A stretch of 64,000 nucleotides of DNA from a bacterium (lineage in GTDB: Bacteria > Chloroflexota > Dormibacteria > Aeolococcales > Bog-877). The stretch is taken from NCBI GenBank assembly GCA_021802045.1, contig JAKABB010000002.1:17681-81680 (forward strand). Direction: 5' to 3'. The notes beneath the pieces were generated by a model, which was not told the DNA's origin, made no database searches, and worked only from the letters and a program-made list of their open reading frames with translations. A program made the position numbers and the translations under genes. This document shows positions 54,303 to 64,000 of the stretch, piece by piece (the first letter of the stretch is position 1; the number at the start of each line of letters is the position of its first letter).

Positions 54303-54818
54303 CTACAAGCCCCGCCCCGAGGGGCCGCCGGGGTCGTCGAGGTCCGGCAGGTCCATGCTGTTGATCATCTCCTGGAACACCTTGAGGCGCTCCGCCTCGC
54401 CGTCACCGGGCATCTCCGGCAGCACCGCCGCCTTGTCGAGGACGTCCCGCTCGACGTAGATCGGCGAGCCCAGCCGCACCGCCAGGGCGATGGCGTCGCT
54501 GGGCCGGGCGTCGAGGTCCACCTGGCGCCCGTCGCAGCGCCCCACGATGCGGGCGAAGAAGACGTCGTTGCTGAGCGAGGTGACGACGATCCGGGTGACC
54601 TGCACCTTGAGGTCGCTGAAGACGTTCACCAGCAGATCGTGGGTGATCGGACGCTCGGGCTGGATGCCGGTGATCTTGATGGCGATGGCGTTGGCCTCGG
54701 CCACCCCGATCCAGATCGGCAGGTAGCGCTCGGTGTCCCGCTCCTTGAGGATCACCACGTGCTGGCCGGTCGGCATATGCACCCGGATGCTGTCGACGGC
54801 CATCTCGACGAGATCCAT
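54303..54818 (-). CDS. bifunctional nuclease (BFN/DUF151) family protein
   Basis: ...HVVILKERDTERYLPIWIGVAEANAIAIKI... matches the BFN domain signature. C-terminal acidic tail. 171 aa. Confidence 0.55.
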   Translation of the reverse strand: MDLVEMAVDSIRVHMPTGQHVVILKERDTERYLPIWIGVAEANAIAIKITGIQPERPITHDLLVNVFSDLKVQVTRIVVTSLSNDVFFARIVGRCDGRQVDLDARPSDAIALAVRLGSPIYVERDVLDKAAVLPEMPGDGEAERLKVFQEMINSMDLPDLDDPGGPSGRGL

Positions 54819-54989
54819 CTCGGCACCTCTACCCCGAAGCGGCCGGCCACCTGCCGGTGGGGCCGCCCCACCCCGCTGCGGATCGGGCTGGGCCCGCGCC
54901 GACGACCTCCCTGCATCATACCGTCGGCTCCCGGACGTCGCCGCCCCCCGTCACCGGGGCGGGCCGCGCCCCCTCTCGCGGCGGCGATA

Positions 54990-57734
54990 ATGCCCGCCAT
55001 GGCGCTGCCCCGGGGAGACGGTACCCGACCGCGACTGCTCCTGGTCGACGGGCATGCCCTGGCCTTCCGGGCCTTCTACGCCATCTCCGCGCTGACGGAC
55101 GACCGCGGCCAGCCGGTCCAGGCCGCCTACGGCTTCACCGCCATGCTGCTCTCGGCGCTGGCGGCCGGGTTCGAGTACGGGGTGGCCGCGTTCGACCCCC
55201 CGGGGCCGACCTTCCGCGATGGGATGTACCCCGAGTACAAGGCCCAGCGGCAGCATCCGCCCGAGGAGTTCTCGGTCCAGGTGCCGACCTGCCGCCGGCT
55301 GGCCGAGCGGCTCGGCCTCCCGGTGGTGGAGGTGCCCGGGTTCGAGGCCGACGACGTAATCGGCACCCTCAGCCAGCAGGCGGAGGCCGCCGGGTGGGAC
55401 ACGGTCATCCTGACATCCGACCTCGACGCGCTCCAGCTGGTGACGGCGCACACCGTGGTGCAGGCCAGCCGCCGCGGCCTGAGCGACACCGTGATCTATG
55501 ACCCCCCGGCCGTGCGCGAGCGCTTCGGTCTGGACCCGGCGCGGATCATCGACTTCAAGGCCCTCCGGGGGGACGCCAGCGACAACCTCCCCGGCGTGCC
55601 GGGGGTGGGGGAGAAGACCGCCACCCGCCTGCTGCAGCAGCACCAGGATCTGGAGGGCGTGCTGGCCGCGGTCCCCGGGATGCCCCCCGGGCGACTCCGG
55701 AGCGCGCTGGAGGCCCACGCCGCCGACGCCCGCCTTGGCCAGGAGCTGGTGACCATCGTCCGCGATGTCCCCGGCGTGTCCCTGGCCGCGGTGGCGACCC
55801 CCCTGGCGGGCTACGACCGCGCTGCGGCCGCGGCGGCGTTGCGGGACGCTGGCCTGCCCAGCCTGATCAGCCGCCTGCCGGCCGGGGGGGCGGCGACGCC
55901 CACGGCCCCCCCGGCGGAGCTGGCGGTCGAGATCGTGCGCGACCCGGCCGGCCTGGACGCGGCGGTGGCGGCGGTGCGGGCGGCCGGCCAGGTCGCGATC
56001 CGGACGGTCGTCGACGAGCCCGCGCGCCGTGGGCACCTGGTCGGCCTGGCGATGGCCGTGGACCCGACCCACGCCTTCTACTGCGTCCTGGACCGCGGGG
56101 AGGGGGCGCTGCTGGACCGGATCGCCATCGACCCGCTGCTGTCCCTGCTGCAGGACCCCACCGTGGCCCTGACCGGGTACCACCTGAAGGGAGACCTGCT
56201 GGCCTGGCGGGCGCACGGCGTCCGGCTGCGCGGCATCGCCTTCGACTGTGTCCTGGCCAGCTACCTGACGGATTCCCGAGTGCGGACCTCCACCCTCCAG
56301 GAGTTGGTCGGCCAGCAGGGGGGCGGGGACCTGGCGCCGGAGGCCGAGCCCGGCGGTCGGCGCGGGAGACCGGCCCAGCCGTCGACGCTGGAGCTCCCGG
56401 CCGCGGCGGCACGCTTTTGTCGGGAGGCGGCCGCCGTCACGGCCCTCCAGCCGGCACTGGCCGAGGCGCTCCGGGCCCAGGGCGCCTGGGAGCTGCTGGT
56501 CGACCTCGAGCTGCCGCTCCTCCCGGTCCTGGCCGATCTCGAGGCCACCGGGATCCAGGTCGAGGTCGATCGGCTGTCCGACCTCGGGACGGAGCTGGGC
56601 CAGCAGATCGACGACCTGGAGGCTGGCATCTACGCCGCTGCCGGGCGGCGCTTCACCATCGGCTCGCCCCAGCAGCTCGCCCAAGTGCTCTACGACGAGA
56701 TGGGGTTCGCCAGCGGCCGCCGGACCAAGACCGGGCGGTCCACCGACGCCCAGGCACTGGAGGCGCTGCGGGGCGCGCATCCGATCGTGGAGCAGCTGCT
56801 GGCGTGGCGCCAGCTGACCAAGCTCAAGAGCACCTACGTCGACAGCCTGCCCCAGCTGGTCGACCCGCAGGACGGCCGGGTCCACACCAGCTTCAACCAG
56901 GCCGTGGCGGCCACCGGCCGGCTCTCCTCCAGCGACCCCAACCTCCAGAACATCCCGATCCGCACCGAGGTCGGCCGCCGGATCCGCGCTGCCTTCGTGC
57001 CGGGAGATCCCGGCTGGCGCCTGGTGTCGGCGGACTACTCCCAGGTCGAGCTGCGGGTGCTGGCCCACCTCAGCGAGGACCCCGGTCTGCTGGCGGCCTT
57101 TGCCGCCGGCACCGACATCCACCGCCGCACCGCGGCCGAGGTCTTCGAGGTCCCGGAGGCGGCGGTGACCCCCGACCAGCGCCGGATGGCCAAGATCGTC
57201 AACTTCGGTGTCCTCTACGGCCTTTCCCCCTTCGGCCTGTCGCGGGACCTGAACATCCCGGCGGAGGCCGCCGGGGCCTTCATCGAGCGCTACTTCGCGA
57301 CCTTCCCCCGGGTGCGGGCCTATCTGGACGGGGTCAGGGCGGCGGCCCGGGCGGACGGCTACGTGGTCACCCTCCTGGGCCGGCGCCGGCACCTGCGGGA
57401 CATCAACGCCCACAACCGCCAGCTGCGGGAGGCCAGCGAGCGGATGGCCATCAACCACCCGGTGCAGGGCTCGGCCGCCGACATCATGAAGCGCGGCATG
57501 CTGCGGGCGGCCGAGGCCCTGAGCGGTGGTGGCCTGCGAGCCCGCATGCTGCTGCAGGTGCACGACGAACTGGTCTTCGAGGCGCCGGCCGAGGAGGTGG
57601 TGGCCGTGGGCGAGCTGGCCCGCCAGGCGATGGAGGGGGCGGCGGCCCTGCGCGTGCCGCTGGTGGTGGACCTCAAGGCCGGCCCGAACTGGCGCGACCT
57701 GGAACCGCTGGAGGCGGCCTCCCACCGTGCCTGA
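54990..57734 (+). CDS. polA: DNA polymerase I
   Basis: 5'-3' exonuclease domain (LLLVDGHALAFRAFYA), a 3'-5' exo-like domain, and a polymerase domain with motifs A/B/C (...DYSQVELRVLAHLS..., ...RRMAKIVNFGVLYG..., ...LQVHDELVFE...). Confidence 0.95.
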   Translation: MPAMALPRGDGTRPRLLLVDGHALAFRAFYAISALTDDRGQPVQAAYGFTAMLLSALAAGFEYGVAAFDPPGPTFRDGMYPEYKAQRQHPPEEFSVQVPTCRRLAERLGLPVVEVPGFEADDVIGTLSQQAEAAGWDTVILTSDLDALQLVTAHTVVQASRRGLSDTVIYDPPAVRERFGLDPARIIDFKALRGDASDNLPGVPGVGEKTATRLLQQHQDLEGVLAAVPGMPPGRLRSALEAHAADARLGQELVTIVRDVPGVSLAAVATPLAGYDRAAAAAALRDAGLPSLISRLPAGGAATPTAPPAELAVEIVRDPAGLDAAVAAVRAAGQVAIRTVVDEPARRGHLVGLAMAVDPTHAFYCVLDRGEGALLDRIAIDPLLSLLQDPTVALTGYHLKGDLLAWRAHGVRLRGIAFDCVLASYLTDSRVRTSTLQELVGQQGGGDLAPEAEPGGRRGRPAQPSTLELPAAAARFCREAAAVTALQPALAEALRAQGAWELLVDLELPLLPVLADLEATGIQVEVDRLSDLGTELGQQIDDLEAGIYAAAGRRFTIGSPQQLAQVLYDEMGFASGRRTKTGRSTDAQALEALRGAHPIVEQLLAWRQLTKLKSTYVDSLPQLVDPQDGRVHTSFNQAVAATGRLSSSDPNLQNIPIRTEVGRRIRAAFVPGDPGWRLVSADYSQVELRVLAHLSEDPGLLAAFAAGTDIHRRTAAEVFEVPEAAVTPDQRRMAKIVNFGVLYGLSPFGLSRDLNIPAEAAGAFIERYFATFPRVRAYLDGVRAAARADGYVVTLLGRRRHLRDINAHNRQLREASERMAINHPVQGSAADIMKRGMLRAAEALSGGGLRARMLLQVHDELVFEAPAEEVVAVGELARQAMEGAAALRVPLVVDLKAGPNWRDLEPLEAASHRA

Positions 57735-58551
57735 GCTGCCCGAGGTGGAGACCATCGTCCGCGACCTGCGGCCCCACCTGGTCGGGGCGACCGTGGCGGC
57801 GGTGGAGGTCGGTCACCCTTCGGTCGTCCGCCACCCCGGGCTGGCCGAGTTCCTGCGCGCCCTGCCGGGCCGGCGGATCGAGCGCTGCCAGCGGCGGGCC
57901 AAGTTCATCGCCCTCAGGCTGGACGGCCCGGGCAGCCTGTTCGTCCACCTGGGGATGAGCGGCACCCTGACGCTGGATCGGCCCGAGGTGCCGGCCCGGC
58001 CGCACACCCATGTGCGCCTGCGCCTGGGCTCCGGAGCCGAGCTCCGCTACGTCGACCCCCGTCGCTTCGGCCGCCTGATGCTGGGCACGCCGCCCGAGCT
58101 GCGCGCCGCCGGCCAGCTGCCGCCCCTGGGGATCGAGCCGCTCAGCCCGCGCTTTACCGCCGAGCGGCTGGGGGCCGTCCTGGCGTCCACGCGGCGGCCA
58201 CTGAAGGCCGTGCTCCTGGACCAGGCGCGGATCGCTGGCTGCGGCAACATCTACACGGACGAGTCATGCTTCCTGGCCCGGGTCCACCCCGCCCGGCCCG
58301 CCGCCGGGCTGCGGCCACGCGAGGTGCGTCGCCTGCGGGACGCCATCCGAGTCGTCCTGCGGAAGGCGATCCGCAACCGTGGCAGCTCGATCGCCGACTA
58401 CCGGGACGGCTTCGGGGCCCGGGGTGCAGCCCACGAGTCGCTCTTGGTCTACGGCCGTGGGGGTGCTCCGTGCGTCCGCTGTGGCCTGCCGCTGGCCCAG
58501 AGCACGGTCGCCGGCCGCACCACCGTCTACTGCCGGGGATGCCAGGCGTGA
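57727..58551 (+). CDS. mutM: formamidopyrimidine-DNA glycosylase
   Basis: GTG overlaps the polA stop. N-terminal PELPEVE, H2TH domain and a C-terminal CxxC...CxxC zinc finger. Confidence 0.9.
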   Translation: MPELPEVETIVRDLRPHLVGATVAAVEVGHPSVVRHPGLAEFLRALPGRRIERCQRRAKFIALRLDGPGSLFVHLGMSGTLTLDRPEVPARPHTHVRLRLGSGAELRYVDPRRFGRLMLGTPPELRAAGQLPPLGIEPLSPRFTAERLGAVLASTRRPLKAVLLDQARIAGCGNIYTDESCFLARVHPARPAAGLRPREVRRLRDAIRVVLRKAIRNRGSSIADYRDGFGARGAAHESLLVYGRGGAPCVRCGLPLAQSTVAGRTTVYCRGCQA

Positions 58552-59660
58552 GGCCGTCGCCGCCGACCCCACCCGGGGGCGCGGGGCCGGACCCGGTGAT
58601 CCTGCTGGCCTACGACGACCGCCCGCCGATCGGCGGCCAGGGGACCTACCTCCTCGGTCTGGAGGAGCACCTGCCCGCGGCCGGTGTCCCGGTCCGCGTG
58701 TGCAGCGCCCGCCGGGGCCCGGCGGGCCCGCGCTGGCAGGTGCCCCAGATCACCGGGCGAGCCCCGCTCGACTTCTCCATCTGGCTCCGCTGGCGCCTGC
58801 CGGCGGTGGCCCGGGCCTGGCACCCGCGGGCCTGGCACGCGCTCGGGGGCCCGGGTGGCGTCCTGCTGACCGCTCCCCCCCCGGGTGCACCCCTTGTGTA
58901 CTCGGCCAACCACACCTACCACACCGCCCATCGGGGGCGGTGGGCCGCCCGGCCGCTGATGGCCCTGGAGGCGCGGGGGTACCGGGCCGCGGAGGCCCTG
59001 ATCGCCATCTCCCCGTCCACCGCGCAGTCCCTGGTGGAGGACTACGGGGTGCGCCCGGACCGCATCGCGGTGATCCCGCCCGGCATCGACACTGGGCTCT
59101 TCCACCCATGCCCGCCGGGGGAGCCGCAGGCCGCGACCGTGCTCTACGTCGGACGCCTGGCCCGCGAGAAGGGCGTGCTGGCCTTCCTGCGGCTGGCGGA
59201 GGGGCTGCTCCAGGAGCGGCCCGAGGCTCGGGTCTGGATCTGCGGCGACGGGCCCGAGCGGTCCCGGGTCCGACAGCTGGCCGCGCGATGGCCGGGGCGG
59301 GTCGCCAGCCCCGGACGGGTCGACGACGAGACCCTGGCCGACCGCCTGCGCCGGGCCACCGTCGTGGTCATGCCCTCGGCGTACGAGGGGCTGGGGCTGG
59401 TGGCTCTGGAGGCCCTGGCCTCGGCCACCCCGGTCGTGGGCCACGACGTCCCCGGGCTGCGCGACCTGGCCGCGGCCGGCGTGGTGCTCGCGCGGCCCGG
59501 CGACCCTGGGCTGCTGGCGCGGGCGGTGAGGGAGCTGCTGGACGACCCCGCCCGGCGGACGGCCCTGGGGATGCGGGGCCGGCAGTACGTCGAGCAGCAT
59601 CACAGTTGGGCCCAGCTGAGCGTGGCCGTGGCCGAGGTCTACCGCGCCGTCACGCCGTGA
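58539..59660 (+). CDS. glycosyltransferase family 4 (GT-B, group 1)
   Basis: C-terminal GT1 domain motifs (...YVGRLAREKGV..., ...MPSAYEGLGLVALEALASATPVV...). Start is ATG 58539 or GTG 58548, overlapping the mutM 3' end. Confidence 0.8.
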   Translation: MPGVRPSPPTPPGGAGPDPVILLAYDDRPPIGGQGTYLLGLEEHLPAAGVPVRVCSARRGPAGPRWQVPQITGRAPLDFSIWLRWRLPAVARAWHPRAWHALGGPGGVLLTAPPPGAPLVYSANHTYHTAHRGRWAARPLMALEARGYRAAEALIAISPSTAQSLVEDYGVRPDRIAVIPPGIDTGLFHPCPPGEPQAATVLYVGRLAREKGVLAFLRLAEGLLQERPEARVWICGDGPERSRVRQLAARWPGRVASPGRVDDETLADRLRRATVVVMPSAYEGLGLVALEALASATPVVGHDVPGLRDLAAAGVVLARPGDPGLLARAVRELLDDPARRTALGMRGRQYVEQHHSWAQLSVAVAEVYRAVTP

Positions 59661-59685
59661 GGGCCGGGGGCGTCCCCCGCCGGCG

Positions 59686-60237
59686 ATGCCGCTCGGATCC
59701 GGCCGTAGAATCCGCGCCATGGCCAGTCCTGCGGATCCCGCCGCCACCGGCAACCCGGGCGACCTGGTGGTCGCCGGCACCGCCCGCGTGCTGGCCCTGG
59801 CCGTCACCTGGCTGGCATGGGACGGGACGCCCCGTCTCACCGAGGACGGGGCGCGCCTCTATACGCCCAACAAGGCGATCCGCCGCTACGCCGACCATCT
59901 CGTCGACCACCTGGCCGAGGTCGAGGCCCTCCTGGCGGGCGAGGAGTCGGAGCCGGATCGCTGGCACGCCAGCGCCGTGACGCTCGCCAGCGACCTGGCC
60001 CCGTTCGCCCAGGCCGACCTCAACGAGGCCCGCGAGCGCCTCGGGCGCCTGGCCCTCACCTGGCAGCGCCGCCTGCGCATGGCCGGGGCCCCGGAGTGGG
60101 ACCGGCCCCGGGGCTCGCACTGGACGGTGCGCCAGCTGGCGGAGCACGTGGCCGACCCGTGGTACGCCGAGCAGCTCGGCGACCTCGGCGCCGGCCCTGC
60201 CCAGCCGGAGAGCGGGGCTGGCCCGGCGGTCAGATGA
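59686..60237 (+). CDS. hypothetical protein (possibly DinB/YfiT-like helical bundle)
   Basis: 183-aa ORF with a coding-like GC3 pattern. Weak resemblance to the DinB_2/mycothiol-dependent isomerase N-domain (...YADHLVDHLAEVEALL...). Function unassigned. Confidence 0.35.
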   Translation: MPLGSGRRIRAMASPADPAATGNPGDLVVAGTARVLALAVTWLAWDGTPRLTEDGARLYTPNKAIRRYADHLVDHLAEVEALLAGEESEPDRWHASAVTLASDLAPFAQADLNEARERLGRLALTWQRRLRMAGAPEWDRPRGSHWTVRQLAEHVADPWYAEQLGDLGAGPAQPESGAGPAVR

Positions 60238-61396
60238 ACGTGGTCTCCGGCTCCCCCCCGCCGGTCAGCCGCCGCTGGGGATCGAACGCCGACAGGTCGA
60301 TCTCGGAGCGCCCGGTCGCCAGCAGCTGAGCCACCAGCGCCCCTACCGCCGGGGCCTGCTGGAAGCCGTGGCCGGAGAAGCCGGAGGCGCACCAGAGGCC
60401 CGCGGGCTCGGCCGCCGGCCCCACGAACGGCTGGTGGTCGGGGGTGACCTCGTACAGCCCGGCCCAGGCGGTCCGGATCCCCACCTCCACCAGCGGGGGG
60501 GCCCGCCGCGCGGCCACCGGCTGGATCCGCTCCAGCAGGCTCCAGTCCACCTCGGTCGCGAAGGTGGACTGCTCGTCGCGCTCGCCCATGCCGAAGAGCA
60601 CCCCGTCGCCCTCCGGGTGGAAGTAGAACGAGGTGGCGAGGTCGATGGTCATCGGGGTCTCCCGGGAGACCTGGCGGCAGCCGTCGCCGACGAAGATGTG
60701 CCGTGGGTAGGGCGCCACCGGGAGGGCGAATCCGGCCGTGGCGGCGATCGCCGCCGACCAGGCGCCGGCGCAGTTGAAGACCAAAGGGGCGGCGATCGGC
60801 CCGGCGGCGGTCTCGACGCCGGTCACCCGGCCGCCGCGGACGGTGATGGAGTGGGCGGCCACCCCGGTGCGCACCGTGGCCCCCAGCCGCCGGGCGGCGG
60901 CGGCGTACCCCGCCGTCACGTCGCTGGGGCTGGCGATGCCATCGGTCGGGCAGAAGGTCCCGCCCAGGAGGCCGGCGGTGGAGATGGCGGGCGAGAGGGC
61001 CTGGGCCTCGGCGGGGGTGACCCAGCGGGCCTCGGCCAGTCCCAGGCGGTGCCACATCGCCAGCTGCCGACGGAAGGAGGCCACCTGTTCCTCGGTGCTG
61101 AGCAGGAGCAGATAGCCGATCTGGCGGAACCCCGCCGGCGTGCCGACCTCCTCCTCGAAGCGCTGGAGCATCCCCACCGACAGCTGCCCGATGCGCACGT
61201 TGGTCTCCGAGGAGAACTGCTGCCGCACCCCGCCGGCACAGCGGCCGGTGGACTGGGCCCCGAGCTCGCCGCGCTCGCACAGGGTCACCCGCAGGCCGGC
61301 GCGGGCCAGGTGGTAGGCGATGGAGCACCCGATGACGCCGCCGCCGACGATGACCGCGTCCGCCGTCTCCGGCCCGCGCGGCTGGATCACGGCCAC
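60230..61396 (-). CDS. FAD-dependent oxidoreductase (DAO family; sarcosine/glycine oxidase-like)
   Basis: N-terminal dinucleotide-binding motif DAVIVGGGVIGCSIAYHLARAG and a DAO domain through the C-terminus. Confidence 0.75.
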   Translation of the reverse strand: MAVIQPRGPETADAVIVGGGVIGCSIAYHLARAGLRVTLCERGELGAQSTGRCAGGVRQQFSSETNVRIGQLSVGMLQRFEEEVGTPAGFRQIGYLLLLSTEEQVASFRRQLAMWHRLGLAEARWVTPAEAQALSPAISTAGLLGGTFCPTDGIASPSDVTAGYAAAARRLGATVRTGVAAHSITVRGGRVTGVETAAGPIAAPLVFNCAGAWSAAIAATAGFALPVAPYPRHIFVGDGCRQVSRETPMTIDLATSFYFHPEGDGVLFGMGERDEQSTFATEVDWSLLERIQPVAARRAPPLVEVGIRTAWAGLYEVTPDHQPFVGPAAEPAGLWCASGFSGHGFQQAPAVGALVAQLLATGRSEIDLSAFDPQRRLTGGGEPETTFI

Positions 61397-61515
61397 CGGT
61401 GCCCGCCTGGACGAGGGGTGGCGCGGGCGGCGGAGAGGGGTGGCATCGGCAGCACGATGGTATCGGAGCGCGGTCCCGGGCCCGGGACCGCTCGGGCCGC
61501 TAGACTGCGGCCGTC

Positions 61516-62805
61516 ATGCCCCGGCCGGCTCCCCTCATCCGATCGGCCCCGGGCGTGACCACCCCACCGGTGGTCGTGGTCGGGGGCGGCATCGTCGGCG
61601 TCCTGACCGCCTTGGAACTGCGGCGCGCGGGCGCCACCGTCACCCTCCTGGAGCGCGGCCGCATCGGGGAGGGGGCCTCCTACGGGAACGCGGGGCTGCT
61701 GGTGCCCGGCGACCCCTGGCCCCTGGCCCGGCCCGCCGCCGTCGTCGAGGGGCTGCGGGCGCTGGTCGGGCGCAGCAGCGCCCTGACCGTGCGCTGGCGG
61801 GCGCCGGGGGTGGTCCCCTGGGTGGGCCGCTTCCTGCTCGCGTCCCGCCCCGGGGCCGCGCTGCGGACCGGTCGCCTGGTCCACGCCCTGGCGGCGGAGA
61901 GCTTGGCCCGGTACCAGGAGCTGCTGCCCGAGCCGCTGGGCGCCGCCTGCGGCTTGACCCGGCGCGGCTGGCTCCACGTCCACCGGTCGCCGGGCAGCCT
62001 GGCCGCCGGGGTGCGCCAGGCGCGGGCCGCCGGGAGGCTCGGAGAGGCGTGGCGCCTGCTGGACGGGCCCGCGCTGGCGCGCGAGGAGCCCGCCCTGACC
62101 GGTCCCCTGGCCGGGGCCATCCTCTATCCGGGGGACCAGGGGTTGCGCTCGTACCCGCTGGTGCAGGCCTGCGCCGCCCAGGCCGCGGCTGAGGGCGTGT
62201 GCGTGCGCCCGGGCGCCGCGGCCTGGGCCCTGCGCGTCCGCGGGGGACGGGTCACGGGGGTCGTGGGGGACTTCGGCGAGCTGCAGGCGTCCCACGTGGT
62301 GGTGGCCGCCGGCGCCGACAGCGCGACGCTGCTGCGGCCCCTGGGCGTCCGCCTGCCCATCCTGTCGGGCCGGGGCCACAGCCTGACGTTCACCGCCGCC
62401 GATGGGGTCCCCTCCCGCCCGCTCCACCTGGTGGACAGCCACCTGGTGGTCGCGTCGGCGCTGGGGTCGGTCCGCATCTCTGGGGGCATGGACCTGGGGA
62501 TCGGCGAGGCCCGGCTGGACCCGGCACGCCTGGCCGCCATCTGGACCGAGTGCCAGCGGTGGCTCCCCGGGCTCCGGCCCGCCGGGCCGGTGGAGGAGTG
62601 GTGCGGCCGACGCCCCATGACCCCCGATGGGCGGCCGGTGATCGGCCCGGTGCGCGGCGCCCCCAACGTGCTCGTGGCCTCCGGCCACGGCATGCTGGGG
62701 GTGACCCTGGCCCCGATCACGGCCCGGCTGATCGCCCGCTGCCTGGGCGAGGCGCGTCCGCCGGTGGAACTGGGCCCGTTCCTCCCTCGGGGACGTGCCC
62801 TATAG
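61516..62805 (+). CDS. FAD-dependent oxidoreductase (D-amino-acid dehydrogenase DadA-like)
   Basis: VVVVGGGIVGVLTALELRRAG Rossmann motif and DAO family features. Divergent from the upstream oxidoreductase. Confidence 0.75.
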   Translation: MPRPAPLIRSAPGVTTPPVVVVGGGIVGVLTALELRRAGATVTLLERGRIGEGASYGNAGLLVPGDPWPLARPAAVVEGLRALVGRSSALTVRWRAPGVVPWVGRFLLASRPGAALRTGRLVHALAAESLARYQELLPEPLGAACGLTRRGWLHVHRSPGSLAAGVRQARAAGRLGEAWRLLDGPALAREEPALTGPLAGAILYPGDQGLRSYPLVQACAAQAAAEGVCVRPGAAAWALRVRGGRVTGVVGDFGELQASHVVVAAGADSATLLRPLGVRLPILSGRGHSLTFTAADGVPSRPLHLVDSHLVVASALGSVRISGGMDLGIGEARLDPARLAAIWTECQRWLPGLRPAGPVEEWCGRRPMTPDGRPVIGPVRGAPNVLVASGHGMLGVTLAPITARLIARCLGEARPPVELGPFLPRGRAL

Positions 62806-62872
62806 TTCCGAGCTACCGTCGGGCGCCTCGGTGCCACGTGACGGGAACCGAGTAGCCATGGGGGTGATTGCA

Positions 62873-64000
62873 GATGGTCGGGTTTCGGGTTCCTGGGAGT
62901 GGCCGCCTGGCGGCTCTGGCCGTCTCCGGGGCGCTGGCGCTGGTGGTGGCGGGCTGCGGGGCCGCCCCTAGCGGCGGCGGTGGTGGCAAGGCGCCGCTGG
63001 TGATCGGCTTCGCCAGCCCCCTCACCGGGGCCGAGGCCACCTACGGGGTCAGTGACCTGCACGCGATCCAGATGGCCGCGGCCCAGGTCAACGCCGCCGG
63101 TGGAGCGGCCGGCCACCGGATCAAGCTGATCACCTGCGACACCAAGGCCGACCCGGCCACCGGTGTCAGCTGCGCCCACCTGTTCGTGTCCCAGAACGTC
63201 AACGCCGTCATCGGCTTCTTCAACTCGACGATCTCCATCCCCGGCTCGGCCATCCTCCACGCCGCCGGCATCCCGATGGTCACCGGGGCCTCGACCAACC
63301 CCAAGCTCACCGAGCAGGGCTTCAAGAACGTGTTCCGGGTCTGCGGCACGGACAACTTCCAGGGGCTGGTGGAGGCGGAGTACGCGTACAACGTGCTCCA
63401 CGCCCGCACCGCGGTGGCGATCAACGACGAGGAGACCTACGGCGAGGGCGTCAGCCAGTACTTCGCTCAGAACTTCAAGCGGCTGGGCGGCCGGATCCTC
63501 TCCACCCAGGGGGTGAGCGCCACCGCCACCGACTTCAGCTCGGTGCTGACCCAGATCAAGGGCCTGCACCCGGCGGTCATCCAGTTCGGCGGCTTCAATC
63601 CCGCGGCCGGCCTGCTGGTCAAGCAGGCGAGAGGCCTGGGGATCACCGCCCCCTTCATCTCCGATGACGGCACCATCGGCCCGCTCTTCTTCCAGACCGG
63701 CGGCAGCGCCACCGTGGGTAGCTACCTCTCCAGCGAGCCGGCCCCGCAGGACCTGCCCACCTCCCGCGCCTTCGTGAGCGCCTACGTGCACCGGTACGGC
63801 AACCAGCCCACCGAGTTCGCCGGCTACAACTACGACGCCCTCAACGTGATCGCCCAGGCGGTCCGCGCCGACGGCGGCTCCGTGGGCCCGGCCGCGATCA
63901 TCCGGGGCCTGAGCGGCATCCACAGCTACCACGGCATCACCGGGGTCATCAACTTCGACAGCGTGGGCAACAACGTGACGCCCCAGTACCTCATCTACCA
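62873..64000 (+). CDS. ABC transporter substrate-binding lipoprotein, Liv (branched-chain/amino acid) family; 3' end beyond window
   Basis: Not in the ORF track because there is no stop inside the window. Signal peptide with lipobox (LALVVAGC), then a type I periplasmic-binding fold (...PLVIGFASPLTGAEATYGVS...AVIGFFNSTISIP...). The 602-aa minus-strand ORF covering it is antisense. Confidence 0.7.

Noticed and set aside
62124-63932. 602-aa minus-strand ORF
   Set aside because: Antisense to the plus-strand Liv-type lipoprotein gene. That gene has a signal peptide, a lipobox and a PBP fold but is absent from the ORF track only because it lacks a stop in-window.

Overview
This is a very GC-rich bacterial chromosomal window, roughly 70% G+C by eye. 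Its gene order matches high-GC Gram-positive (actinobacterial-like) genomes, but I cannot name the taxon from sequence alone.

Positions 1-15.9 kb hold the near-complete ribosomal protein supercluster: rplD' through rplO, then secY-adk-map-infA-rpmJ-rpsM-rpsK-rpsD-rpoA-rplQ-truA-rplM-rpsI.

Downstream on the plus strand come: argF; a c-di-AMP module (cdaA-cdaR) joined to glmS; an AcpS-NAD(P)HX-dehydratase fusion; a MurF-like/alanine racemase fusion; thiE-thiS-thiG-thiL; the tsaE-tsaB-rimI-tsaD cluster; CIRCE-groES-groEL; a carbon-nitrogen hydrolase; pcrA; ligA; gatCAB; a TRAM methyltransferase; dnaE; a HAD hydrolase.

Positions 47.7-54.8 kb form a minus-strand accessory block. It contains OsmC, a stand-alone second GroES, a glutaredoxin-like protein, an ArsR-family regulator, YggT and DedA. 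It also contains a ~2.7 kb decayed integrated element at tRNA-Leu(CAA): degenerate att repeat, hicB and a frameshifted hicA, a small unknown ORF, and an integrase pseudogene carrying a 26-bp perfect palindromic insertion. A bifunctional-nuclease-family gene closes the block.

The core genome resumes with polA, mutM, a GT4 glycosyltransferase, two divergent FAD oxidoreductases and a partial Liv-type substrate-binding protein.

No CRISPR array or rRNA gene was seen. Many long ORFs in the six-frame track are antisense or GC-driven artefacts and were not called.
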